Below are positions 1-12,775 of a DNA stretch of 64,000 bases, in pieces. The notes under the pieces are model-generated. The model was given only the letters and a program-made list of their open reading frames with translations. It was not told the origin of the DNA and did no database searches. A program made the translations under genes and the position numbers. Position 1 is the stretch's first letter. Each line of letters begins with the position of its first letter. Source of the DNA: Octopus sinensis (lineage: Eukaryota); the NCBI RefSeq assembly GCF_006345805.1, contig NC_043001.1, positions 57,908,001 through 57,972,000 of the forward strand, read 5' to 3'.

Positions 1-328
1 ATACTATCTACTTGTTTAAGCGTTGTACTGGATAAATTGCGAAAATAACTCAAATATTTCAAATACTAAGCACTAAGCTTAATCAATGTGATTTATACGA
101 GGAGCAAAAGGGTTATTTCGCTTGGATTTAAAAAAATAATATATTAGTTATATGTATAGATATAACAATCCCTTCCAGGCGCCCTATTATCGGCTTTTCA
201 ACAAACTAAATATGTCTCTAGTTTTCCAGACATGAGTTCTACTGACGTGTCAAGTTTCATCAAAATCGATAAAACGATGTCTTAATACGCCACAAACAAA
301 CACACCTATAGATTTCCAAATATGTAGA

Positions 329-381
<53 letters not shown>
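329..381. repeat. compound (TA)n(GA)n microsatellite
   Basis: direct reading. Confidence 0.95.
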
Positions 382-387
<6 letters not shown>

Positions 388-662
388 GAACGAAAATGCT
401 CCTTTTTAAAGATTAGGTACATTTAAATTTCTTTATATAAATACATTAAAAATGCTTTTGCTTTACTTAAGTTACCGACACTTAAAGAATTTTATATATA
501 TATTTGTTGTGCAAGATTTTTTATGTGAAGTCGTGTGTTGAAACAGATATTGTTATATTTTGGAATGGTCATTTTGCCAGTTTAGCCAATAAAAACACAC
601 GCACTATATATTTGGTGTTACTTTGCTGCAGCGTTATTTATTTTTTACATTAATCTTATTTC

Positions 663-707
663 GGCCAGAGTTCTTTCGTCACACTTCTGTGACCGCATCA
701 GTGGTCC
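663..707 (-). ncRNA. degenerate minimal type I hammerhead ribozyme motif
   Basis: minus strand GGACCA-CTGATGCG-GTCACA(GAAG)TGTGAC-GAAA-G(AA)C-TC-TGGCC: stem I, near-canonical core, perfect 6-bp stem II, GAAA, minimal stem III, CUC triplet. Confidence 0.55.
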
Positions 708-889
708 TTTGCTTTCTTCTTTCTTACTAACCGTCAGCTATTTTGTATTTCTATTGTAATTGTCTTCATTTGCACATGCGTATATCTCTATGTGCGTCTA
801 TGTTTAGTTAGTGTGTGTGTGTGGAGAAATGTCTGTAATATGTCTATCTTCTGTTTATATACGCATGCGCAAAAATGTATAAATGGCGT

Positions 890-1160
890 TTTAAGCATTT
901 CAACTACTGAGACATAATTCAGCAGGATGGTTTCCTTAGCGATGAAATCCTATATAATAATAATTTGAAGATCCATTCTTGCATCCGGTACCTCGATTCC
1001 ACGTGGACATAATTTTCACATATGACTTGCGTGTTTTAAATTATGCTTTGGAATCTGTATTGGTTGCCTGGATGAGTTCCTTCTATAATTTCTCTTATCC
1101 TTCGATTTAGCTCGTAATGAGCAATTCTTAATACAGTCCATATATTGTGAAGTATACTTA
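890..1160 (-). mobile_element. possible decayed Penelope-like GIY-YIG remnant
   Basis: broken frames give YYYIG and PSCELCL; hammerhead motif lies downstream on the same strand. Confidence 0.3.
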
Positions 1161-1191
1161 AAAACATACTTTATAAGAAACCCAGCAAAAT

Positions 1192-1274
1192 GGCGGGGGC
1201 CCCAGTATGGCCACAGCTTGTGAGCTGAAACTAGATAAAAATAAAAAAACATAAAAATAAAAATAAAAATAAAA
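1192..1274 (+). mobile_element. 3' end of a SINE with (TAAAAA)n-like tail
   Basis: GGCGGGGGCCCCAGTATGGCCACAGCTTGTGAGCTGAAACTA plus A-rich tail; related copy on minus strand near 37.8 kb. Confidence 0.6.
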
Positions 1275-1283
1275 ATGTATAAT

Positions 1284-1307
1284 TACACACACACACACAT
1301 ATATATT

Positions 1308-1345
<38 letters not shown>
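1284..1345. repeat. (CA)n/(TA)n microsatellite
   Basis: direct reading. Confidence 0.9.
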
Positions 1346-1347
<2 letters not shown>

Positions 1348-1400
1348 GGTCCTGGGTTCAGTAAATAGGTACTCAATACATAGCAGAGTATATTAATTTA

Positions 1401-1925
1401 TTTTATAGAAGGAGCTTCTACAGGACTAGAAGTGTTTCATTCAAATGAAATCATCAGGAAGCTTGCTGTCAAAATAACTTCTGGCATTTATACATTTAGG
1501 CAGATTTAATTGGGTGGTGGTGGGGGACATTTTTGGGGTAAGCAGGGCACAAACTGTCTTTCTTAGGGGAGTGGTCAAAAGAATCAGTGATGAAGTAAAT
1601 AAATGAATAAATAGAATAATTGAATAGAGTTTTAGGTAAATTAGAAGACTATCGCTTTTAGTCAGTTTGTTGTTGTTGTTATTAAGTGGAGGGAAGAAGT
1701 GGATAAGTATACATAAAAGAACATATAAAATAAATATACATACAAACCCACATACATACACATACAAATATCAATACACATACATATACATATGCCCATG
1801 TATATACATAGAGACACACACATACATACACATACATACATATACATATATATACATACACATATATATACAAATACATATACACATACATGCAAACACG
1901 CAAACACACGCACACATATATCTAC
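1401..1925. repeat. left arm of long inverted repeat (pLTR-like)
   Basis: reverse complement of 5030-5627 with few substitutions, one ~15-bp indel and microsatellite length differences. Confidence 0.95.
1413..1463 (-). ncRNA. type I hammerhead ribozyme motif
   Basis: AGCTTC-CTGATGA-TTTCATTTGAAT-GAAA-CA(CTTCTAGTCC)TG-TA-GAAGCT: 6-bp stem I, canonical core, GUA triplet; stem II is closed by a U-U mismatch. Confidence 0.6.
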
Positions 1926-1980
1926 ACATATATATATATATAAATATACACACCCATACACACACACATATATATATATA

Positions 1981-2381
1981 TTTTATTCTTCTCTCCTCAT
2001 CTTCCTCCCTTATTTTATTTTTATTTTTATTTTCCCTTGACCTCTTCAAAATCATAAAAGGTATAATATATTGTATAACCTACCTACCCGCCGACACACA
2101 TTTTGTGGCGCTAGAGTAGACAAACGCCAAAAGTTCCTAGAACTCCCCAGGGTTCTAGCAGGCCTAAATGAAATCCATCTACCGCTCCCCTCTCCCTTCC
2201 TTTCTATCTCTTTACCCACGGATACGAACGCAAACACTCACACACACACACACTCACACGTACACTCATACACATACACAAACACACATATTCTCTCACT
2301 CATTTCCTCCTCATCCACTTATACATATGTATATATCTCTCTCTACATACACATATATATACATATATATACATGCACATA
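1981..2381. repeat. copy 1 of near-identical ~400-bp direct repeat (period 551 bp)
   Basis: matches 2532-2932; duplicated ORFs in the track are offset by 551. Confidence 0.95.
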
Positions 2382-2531
2382 CATACACATACGTACACGT
2401 ACATACATATACATACATATATATATATGTATATATATACACATAAACCTATACATACATATATATACACATACATACACATACGTACACGTACATACAT
2501 ATACATATACACACATATATATATATATATA

Positions 2532-2932
2532 TTTTATTCTTCTCTCCTCATCTTCCTCCCTTATTTTATTTTTATTTTTATTTTCCCTTGACCTCTTCAA
2601 AATCATAAAAGGTATAATATATTGTATAACCTACCTACCCGCCGACACACATTTTGTGGCGCTAGAGTAGACAAACGCCAAAAGTTCCTAGAACTCCCCA
2701 GGGTTCTAGCAGGCCTAAATGAAATCCATCTACCGCTCCCCTCTCCCTTCCTTTCTATCTCTTTACCCACGGATACGAACGCAAACACTCACACACACAC
2801 ACACTCACACGTACACTCATACACATACACAAACACACATATTCTCTCACTCATTTCCTCCTCATCCACTTATACATATGTATATATCTCTCTCTACATA
2901 CACATATATATACATATATATACATGCACATA
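2532..2932. repeat. copy 2 of ~400-bp direct repeat
   Basis: matches 1981-2381. Confidence 0.95.
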
Positions 2933-3674
2933 CATATACACACACAAGTACACATATGCATACATACATAATTGTACCCAGATTCACATAAACGTATACA
3001 TAACTATGTACACACAAACACACATATATAAACGTACTTCAGTACACATAAACACACATAAATATATGCCCGCATATATAAACGCATATGCTCGTATAAA
3101 AACATATGTGCATATAAACATACATACGCATATATACGCATCCATACACTCATAAATACATATATGTACACATGCATGCATACATGTGTACATAAATGCA
3201 TACATGCACATACATACCTACACACATATATATACATACATGCACATACATACACATACGTACACGTACATACATATACATATCTACACATATACACATG
3301 CATATATACACATACAAAAAGTCCATATATATATATATATGTATATATATACACATACATATACGTATATACCTACATATACATACATATGTATACTTAC
3401 ACCCATACACCAATATACATATACATATCTACATATACATACATATATATATACATATATACATATATATATAAGCACATGCACATACAAATACACATAC
3501 GCATATCTACACACATACACACCCATATATATATATATACATATATAAAAAAGTCTACAAGTCCATACATATACACACATACATATACATACATATACAT
3601 ATATATATATATATACCTATATATATATATACATATATATACATATATACATACACCCACACACAAGTATACAA

Positions 3675-3709
<35 letters not shown>

Positions 3710-3859
3710 AATACACATATATACATATATATACACAAATACCCATACGCATACATACATATACATATACACATATACATACATGCATACACAAATAATA
3801 AATATATATACATGCAAATACCTATACTTACACATACACATACGCGTACATACACATAT

Positions 3860-3901
<42 letters not shown>

Positions 3902-4538
3902 AAAACCACACATGCGTACATATATATACACATAAACCTATACATACATATATACACACACATAGATACACGCACATAAGCACATACATATATATATCCA
4001 TATCCATATTCATATTCATATTCATATCCATGCCCATATTTATATCTATATATATATATAAATATATATACATATATAAATACACATACATATATACATA
4101 CATATATTCATATTTACATTTATACACATATATATATATGTACATATACACATACATAAACATATACACGTGCATATACCTACACATAAATATATATTCG
4201 TGTACACACACATACATTAATACATACACACACATATATACACACATATGCACATACACACATATACATATACACACATATATATATACACATACATACA
4301 CATACGTACATATATATCTATATATACATATATATATATACATACACATACATATACACACACATATATATATACACATACAAAAACATGTACACATATA
4401 CTCATACACACGTGTACACACCTTCACATACACATGTACATACACAGTTGCACACACACTCACATACAAATACATATATGCACTCGTATACATATATGTG
4501 CACATATACACATGCCCACATCCATATATATGTATATA
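2933..4538. repeat. 1.6-kb degenerate TA/CA/TACA microsatellite mosaic
   Basis: almost only A, T and C on plus strand; source of the long Y/I/H/T ORFs. Confidence 0.9.
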
Positions 4539-4610
4539 GTCTTAGGAGAGAAGGTAATTGGGGGTGCTGAAGGAACGGTGGGGGTGGGGGTTTTTGTCGG
4601 TTGGGTGTCG

Positions 4611-5023
4611 TCAATCGGGTTGCCGGTTGTGTCTGTAGTTTTTGTAGTTTGGATAAACTTTGTGCATACAGTTTGGGGAGTGTTCCGAGATCCCGTTGAG
4701 GAGAGGGCCTTTGGCGAACAAGATCTCCAGGTTCTCAGAAATGCAAAGGTCACAGCAGGTATGGCCTCCTGTGTAAGAACGCGCCCTCTGTAGTAGTCTC
4801 CACTTGATCTTGAAGGGGATGGAGTTCCTTTTAAGGTGCCAGATATGGGCGGCGAGAGTAGTCTGGTTAGATTTGTCATTCCGATGTACGATTATCTTTT
4901 ATCATCGGGGCCTGATCGTACATCGCATATGTAGACGAGATCCTTCTGTAGGCAGTTGTTGTTGAGTGGGCAAGTCGTCTTAACAGGGCAGTTGCAATTG
5001 CTGTCGGATGTTGGATGGGCTTC
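4611..5023 (-). pseudogene. Penelope-type GIY-YIG endonuclease fragment with stop, frameshift and probable deletion
   Basis: CNCPVKTTCPLNNNCLQKDLVYICDV...*SYIGMT, then shifted frame TTLAAHIWHLKRNSIPFKIKWRLLQRARSYTGGHTCCDLCISENLEIL...LLN. Confidence 0.9.
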
Positions 5024-5029
5024 GAAAAA

Positions 5030-5132
5030 GTAGATATATGTGTGCGTGTGTTTGCGTGTTTGCATGTATGTGTATGTGTATTTGCATATATATGTGTATG
5101 TATATATATATGTATATGTATGTATGTGTATG

Positions 5133-5175
<43 letters not shown>

Positions 5176-5626
5176 GTATATATATACATATATATATATA
5201 TGTGTTAGTGTATTTATATGCATGTATGCGTGTCTGTATGTATATACATGGGCATATGTATATGTATGTGTATGGATATTTGTATGTGTATATATGTGGG
5301 TTTGTATATTTATTTTATATGTTCTTTTATGTATACTTATCTACTTCTTCCCTCCACTTAATAACAACAACAACAAACTGACTAAAAGCGATAGTCTTCT
5401 AATTTACCTAAAACTCTATTCAATTATTCTATTTATTCATTTATTTACTTCATCACTGAATCATTTGACCACTCCCCTAAGAAAGACAGTTTGTGCCCTG
5501 CTTACCCCAAAAATGTCCCCCCCACTGCCTAAATGTATAAATGCCAGAACTTATTTTGACAGCAAGCTTCCTGGTGATTTCATTTGAATGAAACAATTCT
5601 AGTCCTGTAGAAGCTCCTTCTATGAA

Positions 5627-5627
<1 letters not shown>
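5030..5627. repeat. right arm of long inverted repeat (pLTR-like)
   Basis: reverse complement of 1401-1925. Confidence 0.95.
5565..5615 (+). ncRNA. hammerhead motif with core substitution (CUGGUGA)
   Basis: AGCTTC-CTGGTGA-TTTCATTTGAAT-GAAA-CA...TG-TA-GAAGCT. Confidence 0.5.
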
Positions 5628-5712
<85 letters not shown>

Positions 5713-5750
5713 TATATACATATATATATATACATATATATCATATGTAT
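5628..5750. repeat. (TA)n microsatellite
   Basis: direct reading. Confidence 0.95.
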
Positions 5751-6583
5751 ATACGTAAATATCCAATGATGAGAATGAGTGCTCGACACCGCTTTGGTGG
5801 ATAAATGCTTTTATTTGTGTATAAAAGTCACCATTGGTTTCTTTTTAAGAAAATATCTTTGCCATTCTTCAACCCGATTACAGGCGTATGGTGCATGTGA
5901 AATTCAAAAATTCATAGCAAAAATCTTTCAGTCAACACCTTTGTAAGACTTATAAAGCAAAGTGATCTTTAGCGAAATATTTGTTGCCTGACGTCCGATG
6001 TCTTTCAGAAAATAACAGACCTATAAAATCAGCCATATATTATTCATACTTTTCATAATCTCGTTTTAATTTTGATATCACATCTCTTATAATTCTTCCA
6101 CTTTTTTATGGTTCTTATGACCATCCACACCATCATGGAAAATATAGTCAACTTTTTCATTATTTTCAACATTATTTTATTGTTTATTGTCATCATCGTT
6201 GTCTTTGTTGTCTATATCATCACCTTCATCTTGCCTTTCACTATCACCTCACATGCATTGATTGATACCAATAAAATAGTACGATGGGAACAGTTCCACA
6301 TTTCTCTTAGAAACATTGATTTAAGAAACTGCAACATTCATAATTAGATGAGTCAATAATGCCAAAATTATCTATCTGTTCTATGCTGACGTAAGTACAT
6401 AACCATTGATTGCATTAATGTTATTCCATATCATCCTAAGTGATCTTTCAAATAATTTTTTAGTGAAAGGATGGACATAAAATGAGAGAAGAGTTTAAAG
6501 AAAAATGAGAAGAAAGAGCTGCAAGAATTACAAGCATTATTTAAGCTCCTGCAAAAATAGCGACACGTGAAATATGATGCTTA

Positions 6584-6585
<2 letters not shown>

Positions 6586-6639
<54 letters not shown>

Positions 6640-6651
6640 TACTACTACTAC

Positions 6652-6701
<50 letters not shown>

Positions 6702-6800
6702 ATAATAATAATAATAATATTAATAATAATAATGATAATAATACTAATAATAATAATAATTATAATAGTAATAATAATGCTAATAATAAAAATAATAATA
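6586..6800. repeat. (ACT)n then (AAT)n microsatellite
   Basis: direct reading. Confidence 0.95.
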
Positions 6801-7229
6801 AATGTAAACGCTATACAAACGGAACCCATAACAAAGCCAACCAAAAGAATAAAAAGGAGAAAGAGCGGTGAACAAATTATCATAAACACTATGAAATAGT
6901 TGATCTATGACTTACACCCACTACTATGCAGCAGCTCACCTCGAAACATACAATAGTAATCTCATACAATATTAAACTCTTACCCAATATGAACAAAACC
7001 CACATATGCATAAGAAGGCTAATATCCGATAGAACACAATTTGCGCTACATAAACAACACACTACAAAAACTAATACAATAGAAGATTCAAACCAAACCC
7101 AATAACAGAACATACTGATACAATGCAATATCCCCACCCCACCAAGAAATGCAGGACGTCTCACCCTACCAGCACAAAGGTGGAGTAAATGATACAACAA
7201 AGAGTTACTTGAAACTTTCAGGTATCAAA

Positions 7230-9400
7230 AACAAAAAAAATTAGTGGGGATGACGATGGTAAGGAACATTACCTTACCTCAGTTTATAAGAAATTCTGGT
7301 TGTAACAGCGAAAATTAAACTGGACCTTTGACGGAAGGCCTCTGGCGCGGATGTGGTTCAGTAAAGATGCAGACTGACCACAGCTGATGTCTTAATAAGG
7401 CATCAGCGGATAAAAATGCAAGGAGGAGAAAGCGGACAAGCAAAGACAGCAGGATAGTGATGCAGTGCTACTTAGAATGTGAACCTAAAACGAATGTTAA
7501 CACTTTGGGTAAAGAAGGGTATGTTTACAGTGACTGGGCAGAGATGAGTTGATCAAGCTAGTGTTATTGGGAGAAGAAAATGGATGACAGAATTGGAGGT
7601 ATAAGTGAACATAAGAGAACTGGAAAAGAAAGACCAAGCAGTAGGAAAGACAAACAACAACATAAGAGATACAGCTCAAACCAAAGAAGAAGCTAAAGGC
7701 AAAAATAATTGTAGCCCTACCAATAAGGAAGGGACAAATGGCACCAGCGACATAAGTGATTTAAGTGAGGAAGACCAGAAGATTTTAGATGAGTTGCAGT
7801 AAAGAAGTAAGAAAAAGATTGCCAGCATTAAAAGGCACCAATAGAGGGAAACTGCTAGAAATGACTAAGAAAGTAGATTCTGTTGTTAGTGTGAAAGATA
7901 CTAAAATATAAGAGACACAAATTTACTGATCTATACAGGAGGGGTAATAGTTACCGCAAGATTATATATCTGACAAGGAAAGATTAAAAATTAGGATATG
8001 TGGAAAATGAAACTACAAAATAAAGTCAAAAATTTAAGATGATATGTGAATGGAATAGAAACATGGAAAGTTAACAAGCTAGGAAACACAAGATGGAATA
8101 CTTCCATCGAGAAAAAGATACTTAGTCAAAGGGAAAGGATTTGGGACAGTAATAGAAAAGCTGAAACACTGTATTATAGCAGAAGTAGGCTAGCTCTACA
8201 GATATCAGAAAAGTATAGATCACTTTCAACAGAATAGATTATTTGAGACAGACCAGAGATTTTATAACCTAATAAATAGTGGAGAATAAAGTGCTGGAGT
8301 TGAGAAACTTAATGCAGAAGAAGCTAGAAAGTTCTCGAGTAATATCTGGGATACGTCAATCAATCACAGTGGAGATGCAGTATGGTTAAAGAAAGTGAGG
8401 GAAGTAGTGAGTGAGAAGAGGCCAGATCGAAGATTGTCTTGTGCATTAATGCGAAAATTGTTAGGAAAATGCAGAATCGGAAGTTCCCAGGACCAGATTT
8501 ATTTCAAGGGTACTGGCTTACGAAATTTAGTAGTTTACATGGGAGACTGATGGAACAGCTTCAAGATTGCCTTAATGGAAGAATAATACCAACTTGGTTG
8601 ACTAGAGGGTGGACAGTACTCATTATGGAAAATAACAACAATGTAATACAGATAGCAACTCTACACGAATAATTTCTTTACCATTAGTGTGGAGTTTGTT
8701 AACAGGAATGATTTCCGAAAGCATTTACGAGCACAGTGAAATTAGAACTTATTGCCAGCAGAACAGAAAGGTTGCAGGAAGAAGGCTAGGGGAAGGCATG
8801 ATCTATTATGCATTTACAAAGTAGTTCTAAATGAAGTAAAAGCTACTAAGTAAAACCTAACAATAGCATGGAAAGATTATAGAAAAGTGTATGACATGAT
8901 CCCGCACTCATGGATGCGTGAATATTTGAGTATGTTCAGTATAACAGACAACAAATGAATTAATTAGATTTAGAATGAAAAAATTGCAAGTAGATCTCTA
9001 CCTGATTTGATAGCAGTAGATAAATAAAACAGAAAGTGCAAATAATTGACTTTACAGTCCTAAATGATGAAGACATTAATATGATAAGCATAAACAATGG
9101 TGAAGCACCAGAACCTAGCTATTAAGTTACAGTGAGTAAGGAAAGTGAAGGTAAAATGTATCCCAGTAGTTATAGGTACATTGGGAACTATCCCTAAAGA
9201 TTTGAACAGATGGATAGAGGAAATGGGCATATAACCCCGTTTAGTACAGTTCCAGAAAACAGTCTTATTAAGGACAGCTAGGTTTCTTAGGAGGTTTCTT
9301 GGCATCGGAGGTTACCTGTTGTAGCCCGTAGGAGGATTCTTGGCATCTAAGTTTACTTGTTGTAGCCCAATGTTAGGATTTTCTCTTCTCCAACAGTCTC
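7230..9400 (+). mobile_element. decayed R4/Dong-like (restriction-like endonuclease) non-LTR retrotransposon with internal deletion
   Basis: PGPDLFQGYWL, IPTWLTRGWTVLI, EQKGCRKKARG, AWKDYRKVYDMIPHSW (RT N-terminal part); then CIPVVIGTLGTIPK...QKTVLLRTARFLRRFL (typical C-terminus); many stops. Confidence 0.85.
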
Positions 9401-11886
9401 ATCTATTGAGTGCTTATGAAAATGATGATAATAATAATGCAGCTGAAATATAAAGTATTATTTTCTAATAGAAAATTGTTTAAAGTGATTGTGGATTATA
9501 ATTACAGGAGAGAGTCTCATAAAAAACTCACTGTTCATTAAAAGATCAATTACATCCCAATATATAAATACACATGTCAGTTTTACATATATAAGAAAAA
9601 ATCCCCTGTGAATGAGATTGTTTCTCATTTTCCTTTCTTACTTCACTTTTTCTAAAATAGTTTTAGGAATTCTTTTTAATTTTAATATTTACACTTTTTA
9701 GGTGTGATTGTAATTTCGTTTTCTGAACACAGAACACGAAAAAGATTTTTAATAAACCAGGTAATTTCTCTCATTTCACACATGGTAATAGGGTAAATGT
9801 CAGAGAAAGACTCCCCAAAAGAACAATGGAGTCTCATTTTAAATTTGAAGTCAAGTGCCAACCAATTGCCTCATAGACCATAGGGAGTAATATTAAGACA
9901 CATGTGGTAAAGAAATCTGACATTTATGAACACATTCGTTATATAGATGAAAGGAAAAACCATTGAGTTCGAAGTTACTTGGGACGTTTCGAAGTTTTTT
10001 TAATGTAATGTGAGGACGAAATAAACAAATATTACATTTTTCAAACATTACAATGTACTGTATGTGCCGTTGATATTAATAATGGCCGTAAATCAGTTCT
10101 TTATAATCAAAATATGGATTTATCTTCAGAGTTCAGACTTAGTGAGAATACTAGCATCAAAGTGGATCTCCTTGCAAGTGGCCAAGTGTCACTGGTGACA
10201 TGAAACTGGAAATATTTTGTCTCCCAAGTCTTTATGCAAAAAGACTCTGCTCACTACTCACGGGCTCATTTTCTGATTTATAATTAAAGAAGAAATCAAA
10301 ATTCCTCTAGGAAATGTTGTATAATGGTATTGAAATTCTCCACTACTTCATGGTCGAAAGGTAAATATTTCCCTAAGGCGTTATTCCGTCTCAAACAGTT
10401 TAGAGCTTGATAGTGTTTTGATTTGCAGCATAGAACAAAACCTATTTAGGATGATACCCATTTGCTTCATTAATACTGGTTTAGTCTCAACTCGCCATGT
10501 GACTTACATAATTATAATGTCTCTTCACTATCCATATTACCAATACAACTATCTCAAGGAAAATGTTAATGTTTTCAAGAATCATGAGAAAGAAGGATGT
10601 TAAATATGAAGGAAAAACATGGCGCCCACATTGGATAATGTAAACATAAACATATTTAGCTAGACAAGAAGCCCGAAAATGTAAGATTGATCAATCTTTT
10701 CTCAAGGCGGACTTGAGTTTACACATAAAACAACAACAGCAGAATCAAAACGAACAAATACAGAGACGAGAGCATTAGCATAAGCAGCGGCAACAGCAAG
10801 AACGACGACTGCAATAGCAAAACCAAATGGATCTTCATGAGATTCGCCACAATTAACAACAACTTGAAATTACAACTACTGAAGAATACGTAGAAGATTG
10901 GTACAGCTGGAAGGGGTGACAGTTTTCTATTTAGCAGTAATCGTATTTTCCATTTTTTTATGCATAGTATTGTAGTTATATAAATCGGGCACATGTGTGT
11001 GCTCGATTCATTAACATATCATATATTATTCAGCTGTAGTGTACACGCAACTACATTATTCAATGTGTAATTTAATTCTAGTTACATGTTATTACAATAC
11101 CATAGTTGGCAGCGACCATCATAGAACAGGAACGATAACTTCAAGAAATGGAGAAACTATTCCTGATAATGATTTCTTATCCTTGATAAAAGCGCTATCG
11201 ATACATGTCTAGCTTCTGGTGTATCGTGAGCGTAGCATATTGAAACATTAGCCACAGAGTTATTTGGAAACAGAAAAGGGGTTATGAGCGTATTAAAAGA
11301 TGAAGTGTTGAAGGAAATGATTCAACAGCATAAATAGCATGAACTTAGATAAATGATGCAAAGAAAATGTAATACATGGAGTACGGAAACATTTTAAAGC
11401 AAATTGTTTTGCTTCTCAATGATAATAATATCTCGAGAATTTATCAATAATTGTTAGCGGTATTCAAAATATATAAATGAATAAATAATGGAAAAAAGAT
11501 AGCTAATATTTTAAAATATTAAGAATTTATTACTATGTCATGAGAGGCGAACAGAAATCTGATTCGAATCAAAGCATTCAAATTATTCTTAAACTTTTGT
11601 ATGGTGGGATCGAAACTGGAAATAAGTTTTTGATGAGTGGAAAAAAGAAACGATAACCTCTGACGCTTACTATAGAATTTATTAGTACACTTATTCATGA
11701 GCAAAATCCCAGTTATTATGTGTGTGAGTGTATGGATAGATGGATGGATGGATTTTCGTGAGTACATGTCTGTGCGTGTGTGTGTGTGTGTATAGTGATT
11801 TACATACATACAGACGCGCAAATACACATGGCACATGTATATATAAAAGAAATGGATTTTAAGTATTTTACTAGCATGCAAAAATA

Positions 11887-12060
11887 ATACTTTAAATATG
11901 AAATATAGATATTTCCTTGTTTAGTGTCATTTGGAACAGCATCAACTCATAGTGTACTGAAGAATGATAATCAATTCCTTGGAATCTTTCCTCTGATAAT
12001 TTAGCATCAAATATAAACTGTTTTATCTATTAACTAGCAGACTATTTATGTATCATTTTG
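11887..12060 (+). repeat. local duplication copy A (acceptor-like site plus short exon-like segment)
   Basis: shares TACTTTAAATATGAAATA...CTTGTTTAG and ATAGTGTACTGAAGAATGAT...TATAAACTGTTTTAT with copy B. Confidence 0.8.
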
Positions 12061-12671
12061 TATTTTGTATGCTATTTAAACTTGAACAAAACTACGATTA
12101 TTTCGTCTCCCCTTTTCCTCTTTTGCTAGGAGGTGGGCTACTTTCATTAGAGTTATTTATTAAAACATTTTCCCATTCACTGGTTCACTGGTTGTACTTT
12201 TATCTGTTAGTGTATTATACCTGACATATCCTGTTTTATGCAATTTTGTATATTTTCTACCTGAAGTTAAACGATTTATACTACAGGGCTTTGGTGCATT
12301 TTATGTTTTCCGATCCCAAACTATTTCTTTTTCGTGGACAAATTGATTTTGTTTATCCCTTGGTTTAGGCCTCTATCTATGCCTCAATTTATTGTTCCAT
12401 CATCTAATTATTAACCTAAGGACATGTATGAAAAAAGATTGAATATATCTATAGTTCAGCAAATATACTTTACGAGATTTCAATATGTTACTACAGTTCA
12501 TTGAAACCTTATCTCAGAACCGTATCAGTATTAAAAATATTTGACTTATTCCAAGGGATAATTTATTCTAATATCGTTGTTTCATCTATCCTAAATACGC
12601 TTCGATATAGAAGCACATTTTTATTTCTCTAGCCCCAGATTTCATTGAATTTCATCATCTGGTTTAATACG

Positions 12672-12775
12672 CCATAAGGTTTTAGCGAGAGCTGAACTCA
12701 GAACGCAAAGCGAAGTATCAAAGAATGAAAGCGTTTTCTCGGATGTTCCTATATTTTTGCCAATTCGTTGGCCAT
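12672..12775 (-). mobile_element. degenerate tRNA-derived SINE 5' fragment
   Basis: reverse complement resembles SINE heads at 30430 and 50738, including GTTCTGAGTTCA B-box-like part. Confidence 0.5.

Larger units (their letters stand above)
1401..5627 (-). mobile_element. Penelope-like element with inverted terminal repeats (non-autonomous, no RT seen)
   Basis: inverted repeats 1401-1925 and 5030-5627, hammerhead motif in each, GIY-YIG fragment 4611-5023. Confidence 0.8.

Noticed and set aside
1158-5804. Many long ORFs rich in Y/I/H/T or M/C/V/Y
   Set aside because: Translations of TA/CA microsatellites, which lack stops in several frames
5884-5942. Plus-strand exon AYGACEIQKFIAKIFQSTP joined to 22412 as a kinase subdomain X-XI
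   Set aside because: Weak similarity, stop follows at once, no other kinase motifs
6567-6899. Poly-T/L/I/S ORFs here and at 42.6-43.0, 45.5-46.1 and 48.6 kb
   Set aside because: Triplet-repeat artefacts
11900-12020. Minus-strand SEA-domain-like reading FIFDAKLSEERFQGIDYHSSVHY
   Set aside because: No pyrimidine tract before the AG, and the paralogous copy has an in-frame stop
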